From positions 147,877,741-147,941,740 of the forward strand of contig CM041465.1 of the NCBI GenBank assembly GCA_023213395.1: DNA of 64,000 bases, given 5' to 3'. The notes under the pieces were generated by a model, which was given only the letters and a program-made list of their open reading frames with translations, was not told the DNA's origin and ran no database searches. Each line of letters starts with the position of its first letter. The first letter of the stretch is position 1. Made by a program: the position numbers and the translations under genes. The stretch is from Cycas panzhihuaensis (Eukaryota; Plantae; Cycadophyta). Below are positions 1 through 12,700 of this stretch, piece by piece.

Positions 1-2743
1 AAGACTGTGTTATCATTTAGCAAACTCATAGCTTATCAGGTAGTAAAGGAAGTAGAAACAATTAATAATTTGTATGAAACATAACCCTATTGGTTTGACG
101 ACTTCATCTTTATCTACACCCTAAAGTAGGAGACACAAAGTCCTCCTTAGGAAATTGGCTACAAGGGGCATATGAGTTAACTCACCCTTCTTTCCAACGT
201 GTATTGTTATCAATAACTCATGATATTGATATTAATAATGATAATAATAAAAATATTGATGATCATGAGTGTTGTTAGCACTAGCAATAGAGAGTTAGTA
301 GTGATTGTCTTACTTTAGGAAGTTCAATTAGTAGTATTAATAGTAAGTTTTTACAAAAACAAACCCTACTAGGTAGAGGACTTAACCAACCCTAAAAATC
401 CAACTAATAGTAATCCCATCACAGACATAAAAATAAAGATTCAAAAACCCTAATATGAACCTATGGCTAACCTTAGAGTATTCTCAACCCCTACCCCTAA
501 CCCAGTCCCTACCCCCATCCTACCCTTGTTCTGTTAACTTTGCCTAGGGTAGTCTTAAGGGGAGGCCTCTAGCCCCACACCCTTATCTTCCCATAGGGTA
601 GTCTTAAAGGAGACCCTAACTATACCTCATTACCTTGCCATAAGGTGACATCAGAAGTAAGCCCTAGCCCTACCCCTAATCCTCCACCCTCTCCTAGGTT
701 GATTTCAAATGAAATATTTAGATTCTAACCCTTCCCCTTTAGGATAGAATCAACCAATGCTAACTTAGGTTTAATGATAATTAGGGATGTAGCACCTCCA
801 TTTCTAGGTGATAAATTAATCGCCACTGATCATCTCATCAAATGCATGGAATATTGGTTGGATTATCAAGTGCTCAACATAAACCAATTGGTGATGGATT
901 TTGTCACTACCTTGTAGAGCCCTACTTAGTAGTAGTACTTAGTCCATTAAAACCTCTTGCAAGGTTGAGTAAAATTTAATCATGCATTTTCTCTTTAATT
1001 TAATAAACAAACCATCCACCAAATACTATCCTTTTTTGTTGGAAAATGCCCACTTAGCCATTTACAGAAATGCATAAATCTACAGAGGAAACAAAGCATT
1101 CCTAAGAAATATTAAATCCACTTATTATACCATACCCTAGGTAAAGTAGGTTAGAATTAGTTTATGGTAAGAAAAGGATTGGGGAGGAAATGTGGGAAAA
1201 AGTAAAACCCGTGCTTGTTAAATTATTTTCATATAAATCTTAAAATATGGTTATTAGTAAAATCCTAAGATGCACTTAAAAACTTAGTGTCAAAAGTGAA
1301 ATGCATAGTTGCCATAGGATCGCAGTATTATCAAATAAAAGGAGCCCAAAAGAGTAGGAGGAGGTACATAACTACCCCTTTGAACGCACTAAACTTAGAT
1401 ATGAAGATTGAGAAATAACAAATGTATCTGGCCACAAATTTTACTAGGATAAACAAGTAAAATTTGAAGGATTAAAGACAAAGAAGCTAAACATTGGGAA
1501 GGGTAGTGAACCACATCACATAACAAATCGAGATTATTGGGATAACCATATAGTGCCCTAGCCCAAGTTAAAGCTTTATGTGAAGACTGCCACGATGATT
1601 TTGCATGATTATACAAAGATTTAAAGGGCAACTTTCTTAAAATAGGGAAGCATTGAATAGATTTAATAGAGGGTGTCAAGCCAAGTAAGTAGACATAAAA
1701 CATAATGAATCCCAAATTTAAAGAAAAGGTCAAAATCGAATAGGATAAGATGTTAGAATTAGGGTACTTTTGTGAAGTAGACTATAATGATTAGGTTAGG
1801 TTGGTAGTTGTGATCCCAAAAAAGAATGAGAAAAACATGGTTTGTTTTGACTGCCATCGGCTCAATAAGGTGACAAAAAAAGATATGTTTCTATTACCAT
1901 TCATCGAGGATGTATTGATAATGGTTGGGGAAAAAACAAAATCTACTCGTTTACAAATAAATTTAGCAGGTATAGTTAAGTAAGCATAGTTCCCAAGGAC
2001 TGGGCCAAAACCACATTTGTAATAGAATGGGGAATGTTTGCATATCATATCATGTCATATGGGATTAGTAACACCATATGACATGATAGGGGTAAAGATA
2101 ATTGTATTTCTAAATGATTAGACATTATACAACATCTTGCAAAATCACATTAAGAGCATATGCAAAATGCTACAAATTTGCCACAAGTGCAAATTATGTT
2201 TGAACCTAGAAAAGTGTATATTTGTCATGCTTTTCAAAAACCTCTTGGAATGCATTATAAGCAAAGGAGCCTTGTTAGAAAATCTAGTTAAAGTGTCTAC
2301 TATATTGAATTTTACAATCCCTGCTACAAGGAAGAAGTTGAAGGGAATTTTGGGATTAACTAGTTCTTATCAACGATTTATTAAAGGATATGCCCACATC
2401 TCTAGAGATTTAGAGGAGTTACTGAAAAATGATGTTCAATGCGAGTGGGGAGAGGAGCAATAGACAACATTTGAGGGATTAAGAAGGGCCATCACATTTG
2501 CACCAATATTGTGGTTTTCAGAGTGGAATAAAATGCAGTACATTTATATAAATGTTTCATAATATGTGGTCATTTGTATATTAGCGCAACTTGGAGATAA
2601 GAATTTTGATCATTTAGTCTTATTTGTTACTCAAAAATTAACTAAAGCATATCAAAATTATATAGTGATAGAGAGAGAAGCTCTTGGTATGGTCTACATG
2701 TTATCAAAATATTGTTTGTATTTACTATCAAATCTATTCATTT
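1..2743 (+). pseudogene. pol: Gypsy-O pol: post-protease linker, two Gag-like modules, RT and N-part of RNase H (many stops)
   Basis: ORF pieces VVIPKKNEKNMVCFDCHRLNKVTKKDMFLLPFIEDVL, LNLEKCIF...KKLKGILGLTSSYQRFIKGYA and NYIVIEREALGMVY align to Gypsy-G RT/RH. Positions 150-210 (GNWLQGAYE) match Gypsy-G DYWLQDAYE. Confidence 0.9.
480..735 (+). repeat. Degenerate ~48-bp minisatellite encoding a Pro-rich linker in Gypsy-O pol
   Basis: Units start at ~543 (cctagggtagtcttaagggga), ~591 (ccatagggtagtcttaaagga), ~639 and ~693, with many CCCTAA/CCCTAC words. Confidence 0.6.
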
Positions 2744-3150
2744 TGTTGAGAATACAAGGTCCCAAACTTTAAACTGCCACAAGATCTGAACTATTTTGCA
2801 ACTAGTTACAGGAATCGAAACTAAGATTTAACATACAAGTTCTAAAATCAGAGATAATACAATAACATCAATATACAAGCTAAATATCACATATGCATCC
2901 AACATAAGGTGGTAAAACCCTAGCAGTGTGCTAGGGAAACATCCACACAGGAAAGGTATCGATCTTTATTGTTGTAGAATGGAGAAATAGTTCATCTCAG
3001 TAGCAGAGTGCTATCAGAAACAACAACCAGCTCTCTGGAGGTTGTTGCTCTCGCCCCCCTTGGAACCCTCGAGAAAGATTAGGGGGGGAAACCGTGCCGA
3101 AAACATGCCAAAAGTTTAAACTTAAATAATTGTTGTCACAATATCCAACA
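2744..3150 (-). repeat. Copia-A1 3' LTR (407 bp, internal deletion relative to the 5' LTR)
   Basis: Matches 7193-7835 except for a ~250-bp gap at ~3031. PPT complement atctccactt at 3151-3160. Confidence 0.95.
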
Positions 3151-3194
3151 ATCTCCACTTTGACAACAATTTACCCGATACCTTTCCTAGACCC

Positions 3195-6100
3195 TTCATC
3201 ATCTTTTCTGCAAGCCAAGAAAAGTCAAACACCATTTGAACTTCTCTACTGGTATTGGTTTTGTGAATATATTAGCATAATTTTGATTGGTATGAATCTT
3301 CTCAAGTGCCACTCCACCTGCTTCCACAACCTATCTAACAAAATGGTACTTAAGAGCAATATGCTTTGTTCTACTGTGATAAGCCAGATTCTTGGCTAAG
3401 TAAATGGCATTTTGACTGTCACAAAATACCTTTATATTTTCTTGTCTCCTTCCAAGCTCAACCAATAGACCCTGTAACCAGATTGCTTCTTTACAAGCAT
3501 GTGACAACATATTATTCGACACGTGGTTGATGAAGGCAATTGTGCTCTGTAATTTGGACATCCAACTAACTTGACCATTTGCAAGAGTGAAAACATAACC
3601 TGAAGTAAACTTTCTTTTATCTAAATCTCCTGCAAAGTCTAAATCAACATATCCACAAACATGATTACCTATACCTCCAAAGGTGATGCAGTAGTCACTT
3701 GTGCCTCTCAAATACCGAAACACCCATTTCACTACAGCCCAATGTTCTCTCCTTGGATTTGCCATAAACCTGCTAATTATACCAACTGCATGTGAAATAT
3801 TAGGTCTTGTACATACCATGGCATACATCAAACTTCTTATTGCATTGGCATAAGGCACACAAGACATATAAGCCTTTTCTTCTTCACTACTAGGACTCAT
3901 ATTCGAAGAAAGCTTGAAGTGGGAAGCCAATGGGATACTCGCTGGTTTCAAATTTGCCATACCGAACCTGGTTAGCATTGTCTCCACATATTTCTGTTGT
4001 GATAACTATAGCTTACCATTTTTCCTGTCTCTATGTATCTCCATACCTAAGATTTGTTTTGTAGCTCCTAGATCCTTCATATCAAAAGTCCTAGCCAATT
4101 GAGCCTTTAGCTTATTGATTTCTTCCATGCTCTTGCTTGCAACCAACATGTCATCAACATATAATACCAAGATAATGAATAAGCCATTGTCCATAAATTT
4201 AAAGTAAACACAATGATCATACTCACTTCTTTTGAAATTTTGGCTCTCCATGAAGGCATCAAACATTTTGTACCACTGCCTGGGTGATTGCTTTAGGCCA
4301 TACAATGATTTCACGAGCACTGAACAAGTCTTTTCCTGCCATCTTGTACAAACCCTTCTGGTTGATTCATATAGATCTCCTCGTCTAAATCTCCATGTAG
4401 AAAAGTTTTTTGTACATCTAACTGCTCCAACTCCAAATTGAGAGAAGCTACCAATGCTAACAGTACTCAAATTGAAACAAGTTTGACAACTAGTGAAAAG
4501 ATCTCATGAAAGTCAATACACGCTTTACAGGCAAAACCTTTAGCCACCAGTCTTGCCCTATATTTATCAACCTTTCTATCAACATTTGTTTTCTTTTTGA
4601 AAACCCACCTGCAACCAACAGTCTTCCTGGCATGTGGAAGTTCTACCAAGTCCCATGAATTATTTTTCTTCAAAGCACCTATCTCTTCCTGCATAGCGCT
4701 TTTCCACTTCTCACCATGGATATCATCCACTGCTTCCTAAAAACATGTAGGCTCACTATCATTAGAAACCAAAGCAATAGAAGTAGACGGGTTGTACCTG
4801 TCAGGTGGATGATTGACTCATGTAGATCTTCTAACTGTTGGAAGAGGAGTGTCCACATACTCTTGTAAATCTGTTGTAGATTCATCTTCAGAAAGATCTT
4901 CCCATTCTTCTGATTCCACAGATGGATGCATTTCAAACTTGACTTATTGATGTTTAACTTGCTGCTCCTGTTTCATTTTAACTTCTCCACTATTTGATTT
5001 TACAATGGGAGATTCATCAAATACAACATTTCTGTTAATGGTGATTTTGTGGGCAGTAAGATCCCACAACCTGTATCCTTTCACACCATACTTATCACCA
5101 TAACCAACAAAGATATATCTCTTGGATTTTGGGTCTAACTTTGAACGTTTACTTTTGTTAATCGAGGCATAAGCATCACAACCAAAAACTTTTAAATTTG
5201 AATAATCACATGGATGTCTAGTGCATACCTCTTCAGGAATCTTGCAATCTATTGCAAGTGATGGTGACCTGTTTACCAGATAGCAAGTTGTTTGAACAGC
5301 TTCTGCCCATAAGCCCTGCTCCACTCTTGCATTATTTAGCATGCTTCTTGCTCTTTCTAAGAGTGTCCTATTCATGCACTCAATAATGCCATTTTACTGC
5401 AGAGTATAGCTAGTGGTCTTGTGTCTTTCGATCCGAGCTTCTCTACAATAATTCTCAAACTCCAAGGATATGAACTCACCTCCATTGTCAGTTCTTAAAT
5501 ATTTGATTATCTTACTAGTATTGTTCTCAACTAGAGCCTTGAACTTCTTAAACACACTGAAAACTTCAGATTTCCTTTTCAAAAAATAGACCCATACCTT
5601 CCTGGAGAAATCATCTATAAATGTGACATAATACAATAATCCTCCACAAGATATTTTAGGGGCTAGTCCCCATACATCTGAATGTATGTAATCTAGAACC
5701 CTTTACTAGTGTGTCTCTCTACTTTAAACCTGAGTCTACACTACTTTCCAAAAATACAATGTTTACAAAAAGCCAAATCTGAAAGCTATAAGTTAGGAAG
5801 CAACTTACGGTTTATCAACACCTTAAGTCCTTTCTCACTCATGTGCCCACGTCTCTGATGCCATAACTGAGCTGGATCTTCTGTAGTCTTTGATGTTGTA
5901 GCTACTTGGTTGACATCTATACTTCCCACTAAAATATAAAGATTTCTTTTCTTTAAGGCTTTCATAACAACCAAGGTGCCCTTTGACACCTTTAGGACTC
6001 CTTCATGACCTGTATGCTTAAAACCACCCGAATCTAATTCACCCAAGGAAATCAGATTCCTTTTCAAATCAGGTACATGTCTAACCTCAGTTAATGTTTT

Positions 6101-7120
6101 GACTACTCCATCGAACATCTTAATTTTGATGCTACTAATACCCATTGTCTTACAAGAAACTTTATTTTCCATAAGCACATCACCACCATCAAGAGGTTGG
6201 TATGATGAGAACCAACTCTTGTGTGGACACATGTGGTGCGAAGCACCTGAATCTAATAACCAGTGATGGTGATAATGAGAAACATTACAAGCGACCAAGA
6301 CATCATCATCCATACCTTGATTTGAGTCCACCTAATTCGCCTCTTTGGCAGGATCTTCCTTTTTCTGGAACTCCTTCCTTTTGTAACAATCCTTCTTGAG
6401 GTGACCTGTCTTATTATAATGCCAACGCCTGGGCTTACTCCTTTTGCTCTTTGATTTGGACCTCAATGTATCCCTAGAGTTTTGTCCTCTCTCAAACATT
6501 CTACCCCTTACTGTCGTGGCTTCTGGTGTGGAGGTTTCAAAACAAGATTTCCTCCGCACTTCTTCCATTAGCAAAGCACTCACAACAGAATCACAATCTA
6601 ATACATCTGTAGTGCTAAAACTAATTGAGGTGACAATATTATCCCAGGATTCGGGTAATGAGCATAACAAGGTAACGGCCTTGTCCTCATCCTCAATTTT
6701 AACATTGATACTAGTCAACTGATAAATAAGAGTATTGAAAATATTTAAATGGTCAATAATTTTTGTACCTTCCTTCATTCGTAACGAGTATAGTTGCCTC
6801 TTCAGGTAGATTCGATTCGTTACTAATTTGGTCATATACAAGCCTTATAATCAGGTCCATAATCCTACTCCTGTCTCATCCCCTGCGATGTTAAATAACA
6901 CTTCATTTGTCAAGCATAATGGTATTGTGTTAAGTGCCTTTTTGTCTAAGTCATCCCAATCGTCATCATCCATCCCTACGTGTTTCTTCGATTTACCTAC
7001 AAGGGCTTTGTACAAACCTTGCTGTACAAGAATATCATGTGCTTTTAGCTTCCACAACTCGAAGTTGTTCTTGCCATTCAATTTTTCCACCTCGAACTTT
7101 GCATCTGCTAGTTTCACCAT
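3195..7120 (-). pseudogene. Copia-A1 gag-pol polyprotein (stops and frameshifts)
   Basis: KLNGKNNFELWK (gag), WLLDSGASHHMCP (protease), LWHQRRGHMSEKGL (GAG-pre-integrase), TFIDDFSRKVWV and LRTDNGGEF (INT), LYVDDMLV (RT), GYVDLDFAGDLD and RTKHI (RNase H). Confidence 0.96.
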
Positions 7121-7178
7121 TTTGGTGTAGAAAAGCCAACACCAAAACCTTCACAGACTCGCTACAAAACAAAAAGTA

Positions 7179-7190
7179 GCTCTGATACCA
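7179..7190 (-). promoter_or_regulatory. PBS (tRNA-iMet) of Copia-A1
   Basis: gctctgatacca is the reverse complement of TGGTATCAGAGC and lies 2 nt from the LTR. Confidence 0.95.
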
Positions 7191-7192
7191 CT

Positions 7193-7835
7193 TGTTGAGA
7201 ATACAAGATCCCAAACTTTAAACCGCCACAGGATCTGAACTATTTTGCAACTAGTTACAGGAATCGAAACTAAGATTTAACATGCAAGTTCTAAAATCAG
7301 AGATAATGCAATAACATCAATATACAAGCTAAACATTACATATGCACCCGATATAATGTAGTAAAACCCTAACAGTGTGCTAGGGAAACATCCACACAGG
7401 AAATGTATCGATCTTTATTGCTGTAGAATGGAGAAATAGTACATCTTAGTTGCACAGTGCTCTTAGGAACAACAACTAGCCACCGCCCTCATCACAATAC
7501 ATTACATTACATTCAACAAAATAAGAAAAGCCCTAAAACAGGCTACATGAGAGGGACATCCAAGGCATGAATCTCAACCGTAGAATCTAGGGTATTTGTA
7601 TCAAACGACCATGATTCTCTTTACATTTTAATAAGGTTTACAGGGCTAATTTTTCGGGTCGGGGGCTATCGCCCCCGACCCTCCTCTTAGCGAGGCGCGT
7701 TCCACTCCCCTCGCATCCCCTAGCCAAGGGGGGCTCGCCCCCCTTGGAATCCCCCGAGAAAGATTTGGGGGGGAAACCGCGCCGAAAACATACCAAAATT
7801 TTAACCTTAAACAATTGTTGTCACAACATCCAACA
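7193..7835 (-). repeat. Copia-A1 5' LTR (643 bp)
   Basis: Runs tgttgagaatac...catccaaca and is followed by the TSD CATTT. Confidence 0.95.
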
Positions 7836-7840
7836 CATTT

Positions 7841-8842
7841 TCTACATTGATCACTTGACATTGATGTATTGCATCAACAAACCATTGTTATGAAGAAGAA
7901 TAAGTAGATGGTTGATGCTCTTTAAAGAATTCACCCATAGGGTAGTGGTCAAACTTGGGAAAGCACATATAATACCTAATTGGTTATCCCAGATAAATAA
8001 TAAGAAAAATGTTGCAGGAGTTATAAAGGACTTTTTAGATACAAATTTATTCAAGGTGAAGGTGGTAGCTCTAGAGTGGTACGAGGGAAACCCAAAATAT
8101 CTATCTACTAGAGAACTAGCACAAGGATTGGATTGAGAAGAAAGGAGGCACTTAATAAGGAAAGTAGGACCTTATCAATTAATCCAAGGAGAACATTACT
8201 ACCTAAGGCTTGATGATATACTTCAATGATGTGTCACTCCCAATGAGGTGAAACAAATCATTATACAAGTATATGAGGGAGTGGTTGGTGGACATAGAAG
8301 CAAAGAGATAATTGGGAGGAAAATCCTTAAATAGGGGACTCTAGTGGTTAATCATATTTTAGGACGTAAAGAAATGGATAAAAAAGTGTGATCTATGCCA
8401 AAGGGTGAGAAAACCCACTGTTAAGATTTCTAGCAACTAAAATCCATCCTAGCCCAAGCCCCCTTTGAGAAATAGGAACTACATTTTATTATCCTCATCT
8501 ATCCTACTATGGGCATATAATATTCTAGTGGCCACAGATTATATAACAAAATGGGTTGAGGTACAACCCTTGTGATATGTTGACACCTACAACATGATGT
8601 AATTCATATATGAAGTCATCATTACAAGATTTGGGTGACCCTTGGAGCTAGATAGTGATCAAGGATCATATTTCCTAAACAAAGTAGTAGAGGAACTCAT
8701 GTCAACTTTTTCAATCATCCATAAAAAAATTGAAGCCATATTACTCATAGGTAAATGGTCAAGTAAAGAGTTTAAATAAAATAATTGAGAATTATTTACA
8801 AAAAATTTATGACAGTAAAAAAAATGATTGAGTGGAAAAGAG
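7841..8842 (+). pseudogene. pol: Gypsy-O pol: RNase H end and integrase N/core
   Basis: VVKLGKAHIIPNWLSQI, HEG-type motif (gtatatgagggagtggttggtggacat), ILVATDYITKWVE and SDQGSYFLN, all collinear with Gypsy-G 57800-58800. Confidence 0.88.
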
Positions 8843-9059
8843 TGTTAGAATATAATGTTTTATACCAGGTCTTTAAGGCGTAATGTTATAAACCCCTCAT
8901 TATGTAACTCCTAATGTAGACTTGACATGTGTCATCCACAGATTCTTTAATTACAGTTTGATTTATAATTGTTACATTCAATTATGTATGTTTAAGGAGG
9001 CATTCCCTCCATCACCAACAAACAACTTTTTTTGTTGTCTCTGTCCAAGAGCTCTAACA
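8843..9059 (+). repeat. Copia-B1 5' LTR (217 bp)
   Basis: Direct repeat of 13855-14064 with TG...CA ends. Confidence 0.93.
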
Positions 9060-9738
9060 TGGTATTAGAGAAGATTAGTCTGACCGCCTAAAGAGAGGGA
9101 AGAGGAAGAAGCTCAATCACTATAAACAATGTTGAAGCAAAATTCTAGGGTTAAAGGACCCAATTGAAAGAGGAGTTGAATCCCTTGGAAGAAGAAAGAG
9201 AGTCACATAATTGAAATTATACAGCATTGTACAGACCTGTATGGACACAAAATTTTTGAAGTTCTTAGAATCAAGTGAAAATTAACTAGCAGATAAATTG
9301 AGGCACAAACATCATATCTCTCAACTAGCTTGAAGTCATCAGAGCTCATCTTGAGGTAGTTTTGGTATGTTTTACAGTCTGCATGGATTTGGTGATTCTA
9401 CATCAATTTTCTTCAAAAATCACTTGATTTTCCATGTAAGTCTACTCATAACCCTTGTGTCCTAGTGATTCAAAGATATTAAGATCACTTTCATTGAATT
9501 TGATGAAAGATTTGTTAAGTTTGAAGCATTTTTGTGTAAAACCCTAATTGCCCTTTTTTAGTTTTCAGGTTGATTTTCTTCCAATCAGAAAATTATTTTA
9601 AGAAAACATTTATAGATCTATAACCTCCTTGAAGAGAGCTTTCTTTTGAGGTACACTTTGGACCTATCCATACAGTTAGAGTTTTGTACGAAAATTTGTA
9701 TAGTTAAATATACTCAAAATCAATTCATTTCTCTATTA

Positions 9739-12700
9739 ATGGCTTCATCAATCCTAGCCTTGTCTAATCAAGACAAATTAACAAGCACAAACTATCATCT
9801 CTAGAAAATTAAAATAGAGACATTATTGAGAGAAAAAAATGCTTGGAATATTGCTAATGGAACTGAAGCAAAGCCTATTGCCATAAGCACAATTCTAGCA
9901 AACTAGGAAGAAGGGGATAATGTTGGAGGAATAATCTTAAAGCTCTCAATTTCATATCCACTTCTTGTTTACGTGGAAAAATTGACCTTTTCCTTTGTAA
10001 TATGAAAATGCTTTGAAAATCTATATAGTTAGAAAAATAATGCTAGAATAATTGCCCTCATGGAGGAATTATTCAAGCTATATATGAAAGAAACGGATAT
10101 AGTATTTGATTTTATACATAATGTCATTTTAATAAGAAATGATCTCTTGGGTGTTGGGGCCACCATATTAGAGTAAGAAGTGGTGGAGATGATAGTAAGA
10201 AAATTACCAAAAAGTCATTTGATGTGACTATTAACACCATAACCAATAATAACCTGATTGACAAGATGACCCTTGATGTTCTAACTAATTTATTGTTGAG
10301 ACAAGAGCAAAGGAATAAACACTATGAGGAATCTGCAGAACTAGAAGATGCCTTCATGACTAGGTTAAACTTTGGACACAGAGGACAAAGTTAATCCAGA
10401 GGAAGACAATGAACTCCAGAAGCTAGGAATCCACCTCGTGGCCAGTGGAAAGACAGTAGGGGACAAGGACATATAAATCCAAGGGATACAAGAATATGCT
10501 ACAACTGTGGTAAGCCTTGCCATTTTTTAAGTTCTTATAAGGCATTTGATCTTTGTTATCACTGTGGTCAGCTAGGACACTATCCCTATCAATGCCCACA
10601 AAGGAGAGCCGACATCCAGAGAGGGAAGAAACTAGTAGGGAATTACAATGAGCAGACAGAAGAAGAAGAGGAATAAACAATATTTATTGTTGCCCTCACT
10701 GCAGGCTTCAAGACAAAGATATATGGCACGTCGACTCTCTAACATCCTGACATATGACCAATAGAGAAGATTGGTTCGAGTCTCTCAAACCCTAAGCCAC
10801 CAATAAATTAGTTGAATTGGGGCACATGTACTCCTTAGACATAAAAGGAGTTGGAACTATAGCTATCAACTGGCAAGGCAATATAAAGAAAATTGGAAAT
10901 GTACTGCTTATACTAAGATTAAAAATGAATCTTCTCTCAGTGTCACAACTTAGCAAGAAAAGGTTAAGAACCATTTTTGATGAAAAAGGTAATTGTTATA
11001 TCCTAGACATGAAAAATAATGGTAATGTAATTGCAAAGGCCATAAGAAGTAATGACCTATATAGGTTGCTCTCTGACATTGTAATCCCTAGTATGGATGT
11101 AAAAACTTGTACTATTGTAAACCCTGATGTTAATGATAAAATGCGGCATTTGAAGTATGAACATCTTCCTTTAGACAAATTAAAGTTAATGCAAAAGGGA
11201 GAAATGCTCAATGGACTACCTTCCATCACATATGATAATTTTATCTGCAAAGGTTGTTAGCTCGAAAAGTAACATCGGTTCCCTTTCAAGGGAAGCGAGT
11301 GGTGAGCTCAAATCAAGTTAGAGTTAGTCCATACAAACCTATGTGGACCTCTTACTCCACATTCAACCAATGGCTACATGTATTTCCTAACCTTTATTAA
11401 TGATCTTACTAAGAGAGTGTGGGTTTATTTTCTCCACAATAAATTAGAAGTCTTTGAGACTTTCAAAGAATTTAAAGCAGAAGTGGAATTAGAATCATGA
11501 GTCAAAATGAAATGCATCAGGTCTAATGGTAGTGGTGAGTATATTTCAAAGGAATTTTTGAATTGTTGTAAAATAAATAGAATACATAAACAAATTACAA
11601 CCCCATATACACCTCAATCCAATGGGGTTGTAGAGAAGAAAAATAGAGCCATTATGGAAATGGCTCACAACATGGTCTATGGGAAGCATGTTTAAAAAAA
11701 TTACTGAGTAGAAGTGGTGAGCATAATGTGTTATTTGATAAATCAAAGCCCAACAAAGGCATTGGAACAGATTACTCCAGAGGAAGTATGGATAGGTAGA
11801 AAACCTGATGTAAGTAATTTAAAGGTATTTGGGTATCAGACCTTTGTCCACATACCTAACAAAAAGAGATCAAAACTTGATTCCAAGAGAATAGAATGTA
11901 TCATGATAGGTTACAACAAGAACTCAAAGGCTTAGATATGCATAGATCCAAAAACCAATAAGATCTATGTAAGTAGAGACGTTGTGTTCAATAAAGAGAA
12001 TGTTATAGAAAGTCGATCCCAAATTCAAATAATTGAAAGAACACTGAAGGTAATGCCTCAAGAAATTCCCATGGAAGAAACATTTGGGCTAACCTCAGAA
12101 GAAATCCTAGAAGCATCACATATTTCACATGAAGGCTCACCATCTGAAGGAGAGGAACAATCATCCAAAGGTTCAGTCATTGGAGAAGAACCAAAGAAAG
12201 AAAACAAAGTACCAAAATAGTGCAGCAAAACTATTGAAGAAGGAAAATGAGATATATTTACACACAAAACTAGAAGCCAGAGACATCAAGCCTTGTACAA
12301 CAATATTGAACCACAATCTTTTTAAGAAGAAAAATATCAACCTGAATGGAGAACGACAATGGACTAAGAAATGAACTCCAATGTCAAAAATTAGACTTGG
12401 GAACTAGTTGAATTACCTCCCAACAAATTAGTGGTTAACTGCAAGTGGATCTATAAAAGCAAGGAGGGGGCTAATGGAAAAATAGAAAAACAGAAAAACA
12501 TAAAACTAGGCTTGTTACAAAAGGCTACACTCAGACAATGAGAGTAGACTTTGAGAAAACATTTTCTCCTATGGCCAAACTAAACACTATAATAACAATG
12601 ATTACACTAGCAACCCAACAGAATTGGAAATTTTATCAGCTGGACATGAAAAGTGCCTTCTTAAATGGAGAACTAGGTGAGGAAGTCTACATGAAGCAGC

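Larger units (their letters stand above)
2744..7835 (-). mobile_element. Copia-A1: full-length decayed Ty1/Copia (Tnt1/Tork-like)
   Basis: TG...CA ends, TSD CATTT (2739-2743 and 7836-7840), tRNA-iMet PBS, PPT, and gag-PR-INT-RT-RH order on the minus strand. Confidence 0.97.

Noticed and set aside
480-735. Interstitial telomeric repeat (CCCTAA-like words)
   Set aside because: There is no tandem CCCTAAA register. The words are Pro codons in a Gypsy pol linker.
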